DNA of 64,000 bases, taken from Utricularia gibba. Its lineage: Eukaryota > Plantae > Magnoliophyta. Where the stretch lies: contig NEEC01000004.1 in NCBI GenBank assembly GCA_002189035.1, forward strand, positions 2,418,001 to 2,482,000, written 5' to 3'. A model generated the notes under the pieces. That model made no database searches. It had not been told where the DNA came from and worked only from the letters and a program-made list of their open reading frames with translations. Shown here in pieces: positions 12,680-25,479 of the stretch (position 1 is its first letter; every line of letters begins with the position of its first letter). A program made the position numbers and the translations under genes.

Positions 12680-15078
12680 AGATAAAAACAATACATAGTA
12701 ATTGTATCGAATACAAGGAGTTGGTTTTCAAGGGAATGAGAAAGCTTACATCGATTACAACTATCACGATTTATAAACAAGTTAATAAAAGAACAAGACA
12801 GTAGAAACGTAAGTAATAAAACTTGAGTAAGGAAACTATAAGACAAACAATAGAATTGAACTTAAATGAGGTACTTTAAATAAAAAGATGTTTCTGGGAT
12901 TGAAATCTTGCTTAATTACGTTCATTTGGTCTTTACTCTTCTGTGCTCCTTTCAATACTCAGTAATGGGAATAATGAATTGGTTACCTTCTCTTACATTT
13001 TCTTGCACAAAGGCATAGAAATTGCTCGATGTTACTCCCCCTTGGATGAACGAAAAGATAAGAGGTTTAGCCGTCATTATCTTCATGAATGAATCGTTTG
13101 CATGTAACCTAGTATTGCCAATGAGCCAATGAATCCAAATACGATATCATTATTTGTTTATTAATCATGAAGTACAACCACAAACAGAAGGTTATTTCCT
13201 TCAAACTAAAAGGGTGTGAGTTAGTTCTTTCCATCTTACTTCTCTTTAAAAGTCGTAAACATTGCCTAGCTAACTATAAATCTTAAATAAGAAATTGCTA
13301 CAAAAGAGTAACATAATCGTAAAGAGACATATGAAACCCGATCAAATTTGATGGTAATTCTGCAAGTGCATAGAAACCGTCGAAGTAATAAAATAAGATC
13401 GTATCCACAGGGAATTGTTATTGGTTTTCTTTTCAAACAAGGACTCAAAAAGACTAAAAACAAAAGAAAGATTTGGGTTTAAAAACAATAAGAAAAGTGG
13501 CATTGGATCTAAGATCCACCTTGCTTAAAACTCGCTCTTACATGTGTGCAAACCTTGAAGATTGATCTGCTTGCGCAAGCTCTGGGGGTGTTATTCTAAA
13601 GTAGTGCCACTCGGTGACCGTTATAGTACCGTCCTTTGTTTTGTGGGATTATGGAATCAACCACGCCACCAGATCCATTTCACCTCTTGTGATAACCCAT
13701 GTTTTCCCCACACCCAAATCTAACCCCTACACCTCACACCTCGCAGACAGATTAGATAGAATGTGCCTTACCAACGATGTCCGATTGAGCCCTTTTCCTT
13801 AGGTGCTTAAGGCCAACCTTTGATTTTCTCACACTTTTTTCAGGTTATGTGATATTAAAGAGCACGTTGATAAAAAAAACGTTGCGAAAAACAGAATCAA
13901 ACCTCAATTTAAATGTTGAAAAACATAATAAAACAGTCACATGCACAGGACTTGCGCAAGTAAGGCTTCACCGCAGATCCTCAGCCACAAGCGTCTACAC
14001 ACACAAACTTGACTCTAACATGAAATAGACACAAAAATAGGAAAAGTACAAAGGAAAAGTGATTAAAGACGTCTGTAATGGTTAAGAGGGTAGGGTATTT
14101 ATAGGAGAGTAGATCCAAGTCTTCGTATTGAGCTTATTCGATGGGCTTGGATAAAATCTTTTATCCAAATTTTCAAAGATTTTCTTCATATCTCTATCTT
14201 ATCCACGAATCTTGGACCAAATCTTCATCGTTTGACCAAGTCTTGGGTTGAGATTTGTGGCCCATCAAATTCATAATTTGGTGGGTCTTGATTTCTCCTC
14301 AAATTGACCCAAAAGTATCCTAAAAATTCACAAAATACACTTTCTTTCTAAAAAGATTAAAGTAGTGTGAAAGATACAATTGAAAATAATGAGAAAGTGG
14401 AGTCTAAGATAAGTAAAAACAACACTCAAGAGTAATCGAATAACATGTTTTGGAACGACACAAAATCACTTATCAAAATTCAAAGAAGAAATGGAGATTA
14501 ACTAACTAAATGTAGAGTTGGGAGTTTCCCAACGCAAAAATAAGGGTTGCTAGCCACGAACAGCTATACGAAACATAAATACGAAAACAAAGTTCTAGAT
14601 AGAAAATAGAAGAAAATACTCTAGAGAAATAAACAAAGTTTACCTAAAACTCGAATTCCCCATCTAAATCCTCATTTGTCTGAATTTCATGCCATTCTAA
14701 TTCTGCAGTGATCTTGAGTGACTTAAAAGGGATCTCATGGTCTAACAATGCCATGATCATGATATTGTGTCAAAAGTTCCCATGTATTGCACATCAAGAT
14801 TCATTTTTAGGTTTTTGCAGTTCGTCGAAAATCAAGATGTTACTTCGGGAAGATATATTTTGTCGACTTCTACTCATTTTCTCTACTTTCTATCACCTGT
14901 TCATCTCTTACAAAACTTAAATAAAACTAAATCAATATATTAAATAAAATATTTAAATTAAGATTTTTTTTTAATGTAGATAAAACCTAAAACTTATATT
15001 ATAGATTCTTAATTAAATAACTTAAATTATATTTAAACAAAAAAAATCTAAAAGATGATAACAAAATGACACTTAATA
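12680..15078 (-). mobile_element. Older solo LTR of the same family, subtype I (copy E), split by a nested solo LTR
   Basis: Right end AAAATGACACTTAATA (15063-15078). Segments 12685-12830 and 14480-15078 are collinear with copy B (48237-49592). The left end is eroded, so the boundary is approximate and no TSD is visible. Confidence 0.7.
13349..14475 (-). mobile_element. Athila-type Ty3/gypsy solo LTR (1127 bp)
   Basis: Termini TGAT...ATCA and a perfect TSD AAATT (13344-13348 and 14476-14480). The end has the typical Athila ...CCCTGTGGATACGAT...TGCACTTGCAG...ATCA pattern on the minus strand. Confidence 0.9.
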
Positions 15079-17013
15079 CCCATCTAATCTTTGAAGTCAA
15101 ATTTTGTCTTAAAGAATCAAGTATTCTTTGATTTTAAAAGGGTATTTGTAACCTCATCACCTTTTAGTAATAAAAAATGGAGCATATTTTAACCAAGCAT
15201 AAGTATTAGAGGGAAATGATAAAACAGCTTCCATATATGTAGACCCATTTTGTGTAACAAGTCTGAGAACGTTTTGCAAATAGAAATTTTGGGCACACTA
15301 TATGCTATCACTTTTAACCCAAATAGTTTGATAATCATACCAATTTGCCTATAAAGACCAATGTCTTTTATGGTCAAAATTTGACATTATTGACAATTGA
15401 CGATATTTTTCGTTTCCAAACACCTATAAATCATATCGTTGATATTTAAAAATAATATTTATATATTTTTAACATGTTATTTTTGACACCTAAAAACTAT
15501 ATCCTTGATGCTTATATGTAATATTTATATTTATATTATATATTTCTAAGCATTTATAAATTATGTTGTCAATGTCTTCAAGTAATAAGTATATTTTTTA
15601 CCATATAATTTCTAGCCACCTAATAACTCACATTATCAATGCTTGAAATTAAAATATGTGTATTTCACCATGTTATTTTCAGACATCAACACATCTTATT
15701 GTTGGTACATAAAAATAATAAAAGTGCTTTTTATTGCGTTATTTCTAGTCACCTATAATCCACACTATTGGTTCCTTTATTGAGTCGAAAACTAATACTT
15801 ATTTTTTACTATATCATTTTTAAACAACTATAAATAATGTCGTAGAATTATATATTTTTTATTAGATATGTGTTTGAAAAACAACCCATGTAACATAGAA
15901 AACTTGGCATTACATCAGTCATCAAGCTTGGGATTAAAATTTCATTGCTACCAAATACCTAATACAGGTTTTCAATCTAACGAAGACTACGGTTATCCCA
16001 CGTTACCAACCACACGCCATCATGTTTCCTATCCAATGAAAGTCGAGGTCGCGTGGACCTGCAAATAACGGAGTCTTCCCATCGTCTGATCAACCACCAT
16101 AACCAACGGTTGATGAATTTTGCAACCGACTCAAATTTGACAGGTGACGCCATTAGGTGTGTGCTGAATGACTTGCAAGTTGTTTTCTTCCACGAGAGGG
16201 CAACCATCAACGTAGTTTCCAATGCGCCGTGCCATGAAAGGAAGGTTTTACCAATGTTTCTACAACGTACCCCAAGGGACAAGAGGATGGGCTTTGATTG
16301 GATGCTGGACGCTTGGTAACAAATCTGAAATTTGGATGAACCAAACATTCTCTGTGACGAAAGCTCGAGAACAGTTTCCAGTATCCTCACCATGTATTGG
16401 TTATTTGGATCATCTTCTAACATGCCATATGTACTGATTATGCACTGGAAGACATCATCAAAGAACCTAAGCATTACCTCGAATCAAATGCATGCGTGAG
16501 TTCAATGTTACTCACCATCTCTGTCTTTGTAATTTCAGCAAAACACATGCTCCTAAAAATTTGATTGTTCGTGAAAAAAGATCCAATTTCATTTCCAGAC
16601 CATAACAACATCCATCCTCACGAGTTGGGTTAGGCAACCCCATGAAGAAAACAATAATACATTCAATCATATTTTAAATATACTTTACTACTACTACTGC
16701 TATTATTACTTTTATTGTGTTATTACTTTGAAATGAAATAAACTGCACTTATCAATTCCCCAAAATGTGAGAATTATCCCTTATTATCTCTGCAATATAA
16801 TATTTAAATAATATATTCAAGTACTGATTTAAATACAATGATCATAGACTTCATTTTCAAGTAATGACACTAATTAAGTAAATAAAATCATAAAAACACA
16901 CAATACCTCATTCGTTTGCTTGATCATCTTGTGTGGGTTGACTCTTCGCTATGTTCTCCACTTCCCCTGCTATATTTCAATCATTTTGAATGTCCATTGC
17001 CATTGACGCTCTG

Positions 17014-20000
17014 TCAAGTTGGCCTTCCCATAGATTCAGGCTGCTGGAGATTCTTTTTGAACAAGTGCTGGAGCAGAATTTCTAGTATATACCACAGTGG
17101 TAAATTTGGAGGAGGGAGCAAGTCCCGTTTTTTATGAAGTAAAGTGAGTACACGTGCAACAACAAAGAATGCAGCGATTGATCCTACAATCGCAAAAAGC
17201 CCCAAGAAGCTATCGAGACCCAGGCTCTCGTGAGAGAATGGGGTAGTTGGACATAGGCTTGAAGGTACTAACCATTTTTTTTCCATCTGAAACATTTTGT
17301 CACTCTCAATGACATTCAGCACTGCCTTTGAAACATCCGATACCAACGGAGACCCAATTGGAAACACCTGCAATCAAGAATAATGCACACATAAGTACTA
17401 ACCACGGCAGAGTGTAAAGTTAAATTTGTTATCCTTTTTTTACTCACGAAGCCAAAACCGGCTGTTTTGTAAATAGGACCAATCATAGCGTACTGTGAAG
17501 CATAATCAGACAAGAAGACTTTCAAGTATGGGGTTTCATCAAAAGCTGCTGCAATTTTTCCATTTCCATTGCCAGTCACGAACAACTTATTGAGTTCCTC
17601 TGAGCTGTTATATGGTAGCAATCTTGATGTGTCAAAGTTGTTTTTCAAGAGAAATTCCCTCACAAATGTCCTTTCTTGATAACCAACATAAGCATTATTT
17701 TGGATAAGTGTTTTCATATCGGAGATTGAAGGTCGCAGTTGATTGGCAGTTAAAAGTGAAGCCAAATTAGCCGTGTAGCTTTGTGTGAGGATAAGAATAA
17801 TAAAAAACCATAGAATCATAATAATCCTAGTGAAATTGCTTCTTATATTCTCCTCTGCAAAAATGCATTATAAAACAAGTAAGAAAATGATGTTAGTAAA
17901 AAATGTATATCAACTTATCTTTCAATAACTTACTTTGAGAAAATACCATAGTTGAAAAAGAATACCATAGTGCCATTCCTACTTGATGATGAAGAGCACC
18001 TCTAAACTCGGTTCCCTCCTCTCCATGCTCTAGGATTAATATCACGACCGCAATGATTATGAATGATAAAAAACTTGTCAGCCAGAGTTGCCATGTTAGT
18101 GGCCTTAGAAATAACCATGCTTTGTTGTTTTTTATGTGAATATATGGAACAAGCATGGAAACACCAGATTCTGTATAAGGAAGTGAGAAGTCAACAAATG
18201 CTGACCGATTTGCGATTATTGTGATGTCACCAACCAAAGCATCATAATTCTGTTCATTTTTCAAAAAGCAAAATAGTCACAATCAATTTAAATAAATAAA
18301 CCTTTTATAAAATTATGAAAACACACTTACCTTGAGATATATCTCATTTATCATGTCGTCATAAGTCCCATTAGGTTTCCTGTGAGCTGTGGCAAAAGGA
18401 ATGTACTCATATTGTACACCATATGGCAATGATTTTATAACTGCATCAAAAATCTCAATACAAAATCCTTGTGCATTTGTTGAGTTATCCGGATTCCAAC
18501 TGACATGGACAAATTCAGGGAAACCATCTTTTACTGGAACCAATACTCGAAGTTTCTTTTCATTTACTGGCAACACCCATCCTTTAGGTGGAGAAATCCT
18601 ATCGCCTGGCCATATAATTGTCTTGAACTTACCCTTCAATGTGGATGCTTGAACCGTTGATTTATGTTCTCTAATAATTCCATCTTCTTCAGTCCAATAT
18701 CCCACTACTCTAGCTGCTGAGCCAACTATGTTAAGCACCTCATAAGGTGGAGATTGAAGTTGTTTATCCCTAAATTTAACGTGACCTGCCAACCCTTCAA
18801 ATGCTGTGTTTGATAGAACTTGAATAAGATCCATGCCAACAGTTGACACGCCCAATTTTTCAAGGTCGGTGGCATTACTCAGGCCATTTGACATTAAGAA
18901 TGTTTCATTTCTAATAGATAGTGAAACTTTTTCAATAGCCATGGCTAGTGCAGTTATGGTATCATATGCCCATAGGCCAATAACTGTGGGTTCCATCGCT
19001 CTGTTATGGAGTGGAAATTCTCTTTTGTAATGCGCTTGAAACTTCTGAAGCTTTGATGTTTTAGGTATATTAGGCCTCACTCCCAAGACTCCTTCCATGG
19101 ACTCCATAACATCTTGATTCAAGGTATTCAACGGATTCGTCAATGCATCAGTTATAATCCATGCATATTCTTCGCTCATCATCCCAAGTTGTTTTACTTT
19201 CAAGAAGAAGCGAGAACCAAGAGCCTCGGCCATGTGTACAACAAAAATACGAGTTTGCATAGTCATTAGCTTATTAAGCTCAGCAACAATCTGATCATCA
19301 GTTGCAGATGAAGGAATCCCACTTCTATAAGGAATGCGGACATCTATTTTTTCCAAAGCATCACTCAAAAAGGGAAGGATTCCTTGTCCAAACTCATCAT
19401 CAACATAAACCACTGTCATTTCTCTCCAACTAAAAGCTTGAACTATGGCACTTATGACACTTACTTGTGAAGAATCACTCAAAGCAGTCCTAAAGAAGAA
19501 TGGGCTTCTAATTGATGTGAGGGAAGGACTTGTGGCTGTAAATGTTATGATAGGCACATGTGCCTTATCACCAAGATGTATCACAAAATTTGCCTCCATT
19601 GACTTCAATGGTCCGATGATCGCCTCAACTTGAACATTCTTTATTAAGTCTACAACTGTGGATAATTAAACTAAACAATGCATTTTTCTGTAAAAGATAA
19701 AATTAAAAATAAGAAACTGAAACTAATCATTCTAAGCACACCATTTAATCCCTAATGATTCACGGTATTAATCTTATGATCTTAAGCTCTAGGGTCCTTA
19801 TATAAACTAGGCCCATGCTCACAAATAACTTAACTAAATAAAAACAACATTAATCTACTTTATTATCATAGTCCCTCCGAGGAAAATCGATTTTTGACCC
19901 GAATTCCTACCAAGTTTCAGAAGGTAAAAGAAATCGGTTTACTTGACCCGCATGTGCTCAGTTTTGTAGAATTTTACGAGGAAATGAAGAACGGGAAGTA

Positions 20001-20276
20001 AACGAAATAGGACGCACCTGATGAGGCTGCAGCCACAACGTCTCCCGCGGAGTCCCTCGTCGTAAGAACCAACCTTGTCTGAAAATGTCGATTCTCGGCG
20101 TAGAAATCTTCTAAAGCCATATTCATGGCGGCCAAACTCATCTTCCCAACCTCCATGCTCATGTCGAGCACCACCCCGACCCTCACCGGAACTACCGCCG
20201 CCAAGGCGTTCTCCTGCGAGAAGCCGAGTAACACGAGAACCCAACACAAGAGCAAGTCCCCGAACGCCATTCTCAT
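17014..20276 (-). CDS. GLR2: Glutamate receptor-like ion channel, clade 2 (GLR2.x-like), about 886 aa
   Basis: Exons 20276-20018, 19655-18331, 18249-17934, 17854-17448 and 17367-17014, with consistent phases and GT-AG. Signal peptide then VRVGVVLD, IKNVQVEAIIGP, LWAYDTITALAMA, YDALVGDITIIANRS..VDFSLPYTESGVSM, QSYTANLASLLT, AAFDETPYLKVFL, TAGFGFVFPIGSPLVSDVSKAV. Confidence 0.95.
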
Positions 20277-21282
20277 AGCTGTGTGTGTATGTTTTTCTTC
20301 TGGAGAAGAAAATGGGTGTACACAGAAGAGGAGGTACGTAGTAGCCATTTATCATCTTCCTCGGTGGGACATGAAGAACCATTTGAAATGACCTTGAGGG
20401 TTGAATTTTCAGATCCGGACACTTTGGAACATGACTTTTTAAAAATTTGTTTTATACTTGTTTCAAAAACATCGTTTCCCATCTAATCCTATAAAATTCA
20501 TTCATAAATTATAATACAAAATCAGAATCCACCTCATCCTGTACAATGTCCCATGCCGACAGCATACTCTGAAACCGCCCTTCCCGACCCAATATACCCG
20601 TGATGTTTGGATGTAAGAGCATTATCAATAATCTTCAAATGCGCTTTCGAATATGAGTAAGCAAGGATGGTTTCCCTTTATTCAACATGAGTCAACCCGG
20701 GGGACCCAAAAAAGGGTAATGCAGTCATTCAGGGATGATGACAGCCAATCCGCTAGAGGCGCATTCCTTGACTACTTCAAAGCAAACTCACTGGCGTGCT
20801 TCCCTACACAAATAGTACTTCATAATTGTATCAGTTTCCACTTCATTAACCTGATATTATGGGAAAAAGAGTAGCTGAGGTTTAGGGTTTATGTTTGAAG
20901 GGTTATATGATAGCAAAGTATTAATCCCTATTTACAAATTATTGGTCCAAATCTAGTTTTGGTGTTTTTTCATGGCCGGAGAAATCCAAGTATAATTTTT
21001 GAACACAAATATTGTGTTTAATGTTCAACTTTTCTGGTCTTACTCACAGGAAATTAGGTGATGTGATGTGTCGCATAGAAATATTAGTCAAAGGTGGTGG
21101 CGGTGTTTGGCATTTCGTAGGTTCAGAGAAATAAAAAAACAAGAAAACAGGAAAACGCGTTGCTTGAGAGTTGGAGTCACAGGACCAGTGCTTTGCTACA
21201 CAACAAAATAACTATCACATGATTTAGACATTGTACCCGATTTTTTATGATTTATTTTCTCGGTAAAATTAGAAAGGATTTG

Positions 21283-21518
21283 TAAAAACAAAAAGTATGT
21301 ATTAAATAACATTGAAATTGATAATTTCCAAAACATTATGAAGATATTTTTGTAAAAACGGACGAGTCTCCAGCCAAGTACTAAAATTGTGTAAAAATTG
21401 ATAAGTCTCCACAATTTTAGTACTTGGCTGGAGACTCGTCCGTTTTTACAAAAATATCTTCATAATTTTTTGGAAATTATCAATTTCAATGTTATTTAAT
21501 ATATACTTTTTGTTTTTA
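21283..21518. repeat. Long near-perfect inverted repeat (109-bp arms, 18-nt spacer)
   Basis: Arm 21283-21391 is the reverse complement of 21410-21518, with 2 mismatches in 109 positions. Confidence 0.97.
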
Positions 21519-22373
21519 GCTCCACAATTTTATTAAATATGTGACTAATATATGCTATCTAATCGTATGAAGCGAATGATTAAATAAAAGATTAAGAAAG
21601 AAGTGACAAAGATTAATTTGGTAAATACCCAATGGAAACTCCTATAATTTTCTCATTTTTTACATCAAAAACCATATTTGTGACCTTTTGCCTTCTGCAC
21701 AATCGAAATCTCAAATTTTGCGTAGCACCACTCGATGTCAATGGAAGAGGCTCCGAGCCAATCCAGATGTCTTTCTTTGGACAATCACTTGTCTGTTGCT
21801 TCACTGAACAGCCCACGTCAAGTCGTCGAAGGAAACAATGTCTTGTAATTTCTGATAGTCTGATTTCTGCTATTGGGTTATTGTATCCATGCTTACTGTG
21901 ATTCTCACTGGTGGTAAGAAAGAGTACCAGAAACCTATCCGCAGTGTATGTGAGATAAATATTACTTGAGAATAAAGTGATGGGTTTAAACAAAATGGCT
22001 GAAGAAATGGTAAATGATGAAATATTACTGGTTTGTTAATCGATGATTTAAAAAAAAATTTAATGAATAAAAAGGAAAGTTGAGCACAATCTTGGATACG
22101 GGATAATCTCCAAGCAAAGAATGTGGATATTCTTAATTTATTTCATTGATTCCAGTTTGATTGCAACCATTTGTTCATGAGTGCAGTAGCATAAGAACTG
22201 GGCAATCATGGCAAAATTTGGTAAATACATACGACAGATTACATATATTTACAAAATATTGAAAGTTTTTTTATTATAAAATTACATGTAATCTTAGTTT
22301 TCATTTGTAAACTACCAGACTTCTTCTTTTTTAAATTAGAAATAGCCCATGGGAGCATATCCGTATTTGTTGG

Positions 22374-23726
22374 TGTTAAGTGTCATTTTATCACTTTCTT
22401 TTATATTGTTTTTATGTCTAGATGTGATTAAAATTGTCTAATTAGGAGTCTATAATATGAGATTTAGGTTTTTATCTAGTTTAGAGTAATTATTTTAAAT
22501 TTTGTATTTTTATCTAATATTCTTGTTAGTTTTATTTAAGTTTTTCTAAAGATACACACATGATAGTAAGTGAGAGAAAAATGGCAATAGATGGTAACAA
22601 ATTGGATCTTTCCGAACTGACATCCCTTTGATTTCTGGAAGACTGCAGACGCCTAATCATTAACCTTGACGTGCGGAATACAAGAGTCTCTGATAGGCGA
22701 CATCATTAGCATACTAGTGTTAAAGCATAACTTTCGTGCAAGTCACCCCAAATCCAGTAGAACCACAGGAACACAAAAACTAAGACAAAATAGTTCAACT
22801 CAGTTCAGTTCGGGCAAGTTTGAATGAGACTTCAATTCAGTTTAGACTTTTGTTTCTCTCTTTAAAAGATTTTCCTCTAGCTTCTCTCTAGAATCTGTTT
22901 TCGTTTCCTTTAATTTGTATGGCCATTCACGACTAGAAACTTCTGTTTCTGGGTTGGGATACTTTCAAATCTATATTTTGTTAACTTATCTTCATCTCTT
23001 CTTTGAATCCGAACGGGTTCCGTATATCTTCACACGACTATGTTACAGTCTTTTTGTAATAGTCCTCTTCTTCAAGATTCATGGTTAGCTGATCACTATC
23101 TGAGACTTTTGAAAAAGAGTAAGATGGAAAGTACCAACTCACACCTCTTTGGCAAGAGGAAAACAACGTTTTGTCTGTGGCTGTACCTCATGATTAATAG
23201 ACAGATAGTGACCTCGTATATGGACTCATTAGGTCATTGGCAATACTCGGGCACATGCGTGCAATTCGACTATAAGGATACGCTGGCAGGACCTCTTATC
23301 TTCACGTTCATCCAAGGAGGAGCAACATCGGACTATTCCCGTACCTTCTTGTAAGAGAGTGTAAGGGAAAGTAGGTAATTCCTTATTCCTATAACCGAAT
23401 ACTCGATAAGACTAGAGAAGAGTGAAGACGCAACAAATGTAACTGGACATGATTCTAAACTCAGGAACATTCGCTTAATTTAAGGTTCATCGTTTATGTT
23501 TATTTCTATTGTTTGTTTAAAACCCTCTTATCTCCTTACTCAAGCTTCATCATTTACGTTTCTCCCATCTTTTACTTTCAAAACCGTTTACAAATTGTAA
23601 TAGTTATATTTGGTGTACCTCATCTTTCACTAAAAAACAACTCTTTGTGTTCGACATCCATAGTTCGTTTTTGTGTTTCATGAATTTTAAAAATATTAAA
23701 ATTTGTTATGGAAACGACACGCATCA
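22374..23726 (+). mobile_element. Solo LTR, family 'TGTTAAGTGTCATTTT', subtype I (copy A, 1353 bp)
   Basis: Starts TGTTAAGTGTCATTTT and ends GACACGCATCA. It is the reverse-complement homolog of 48237-49592 over its whole length. Flanks GTTGG/ATTGA may be a decayed TSD (two transitions). Confidence 0.8.
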
Positions 23727-24672
23727 ATTGACGTAAATGAACATTGAACAAAATGATTTTCCATGAAAACAAAAGAATCTATAGTATAATATTTTTAAAA
23801 TTATAATAAATAATACAATTCATTATTAATAATGATATTAAGAAAACTACACAAGTAAACTAGTTAAAAAAATGTACAAAAATGTAATATAATAAATGAT
23901 ATATGTTATTTATGAAATAAAAAATTAATAATTAATTTTTATATTATTATGATTTATTTACAATTATAAAATATTTTTACATAAAAGTAACTATTTTTTA
24001 CTCGAAATTGTTATAAAAAATAGTTTTTTTGTATTTTAAAATGATTTTGAAAATAATGAAGACCAAGTATCATATTAAAATTAATAATATTTTTTGTTTT
24101 ATATTAATTATTACAATTATCAATTCTTTTTGTAATTTTTACTTATTAATTATTTTCCATACACATTCAATATCACTTTAAATTAATTGGAAATATTTTA
24201 ATTTTTTGTAATTCAATTTTTTTAATTTATAAGCAATCATAATTATATTCATTAAAATATCATTTATTCATTTGGAAATTATGAATGAAAAAATGATAAC
24301 TATAATTATGGATATTTTAAGTATTTGAAAAAAATTTGAATATGTTATATATAATTTTAAAATTTTAAAAAATAATATTTTCATAGCAAGTCAGCTTTTA
24401 TAATGTAATAAAAATTAAGAATGAAGTGATTTTAAAATTGAAATACCATGATTTTGCAAAGAAATTTATAAATTTAATATATTTTATCAAAAAAAATAAA
24501 AAAATAAAGTAATTTACAAATTAAAATGAAAATTCTGGTAAAATACCAATCAAAAGTAGTGACACATTCAAAACACTAATTATCCTGGCGATCAACTTGT
24601 AGTAAGAAGGATTGGTAAAGTTAGACTATCTTGAATTATCTTGGTACTTATGTCAGCTATTGTGATTCATCA

Positions 24673-25130
24673 TCCCCCTCAAACGAGGCTATGGTTAGAG
24701 AGTGAGTTTGCTATGAAACATTACCCACATTGACTTTGTGAGAGGTTTGATAAACAAATCAACCACTTGAGATGAGACACGCATTAGGTGATTAAGAGAT
24801 CTTTGGCAACCTTCTCATAAACAAAGTAAGAATCCAGCTCAATATCTTTACTATGACGATGAAGAATAGGGTTCATAATCATGTGAACCGCAGCACTAAA
24901 GTGTAATAGGAGAAGTGTCTTGGAGTAAATGGCAATTACTTGAGATCATGAAGCAAGTAATAGAGCCATTGAGTTTCTACAATAGCTTGGGCCATTGAGC
25001 GATATTCAACCTTTAGTGCTGGAGTGAGAAACAGTCCTCTACTTGGAAGAGAATTAGGAAATATAGTTGTTTCAAAGAAGATGTAGTAACTAGTGACAGA
25101 AAGTCGGATGATGGGCAAATCGCCCAATCA
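24673..25130 (-). mobile_element. Ty1/copia RNaseH end plus polypurine tract
   Basis: Minus strand gives EYRSMAQAIVETQWLYYLLHDL...AVHMIMNPILHRHSKDIELDSYFVYEKV, ending in PPT TTGAGGGGGA directly before TG (24671-24672). Confidence 0.8.
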
Positions 25131-25479
25131 ATTGTAAGAACCCAAGGGGTAGAATGATTACCAGTGTGTGCATTGGGCATATGGGATCGGGATTGCTACT
25201 CTAATTAGATTTCTTGTAAGGCTTCGACCAAACAAAAAGAACAATGCACTGGTTTGATGAACCGAATTTTGCTTAGATGAAAATTGAGCACTCAAACAAC
25301 AAGAATTCTTTGTTTAAAAATATAAGAAAACAACTAGAAACAAAATAACCTTAAAAGCAAAAGGAAAAGCAAAAAACCCGTAAGTAGGTGAGTGGAATTG
25401 ATCAAGAAAACATGATCTTCGTTGAGGTAGTTAAGCCATAGTGGGCTATGCAATCATGGACCACATTACTGAAGATTTG

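Noticed and set aside
16900-17014. Possible premature stop or frameshift in the GLR C-terminal tail
   Set aside because: All transmembrane segments are complete, GLR tails vary in length, and the downstream alternative frame shows no motif I recognise.
19939-20391. Several 67-147 aa ORFs over GLR exon 1, and similar sets over GH9B, E2FC exon 1, WEB and AHL
   Set aside because: These are antisense or off-frame shadows of GC-richer exons, with no independent coding signal.
21283-21518. Hairpin as a MITE, a known miRNA or a CRISPR unit
   Set aside because: No TSD or short TIR architecture, no conserved miRNA sequence that I recognise, and no repeat-spacer array.
23730-24540. Extremely AT-rich tract as a Helitron or replication origin
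   Set aside because: No diagnostic termini or hairpin found; low complexity alone is not evidence.
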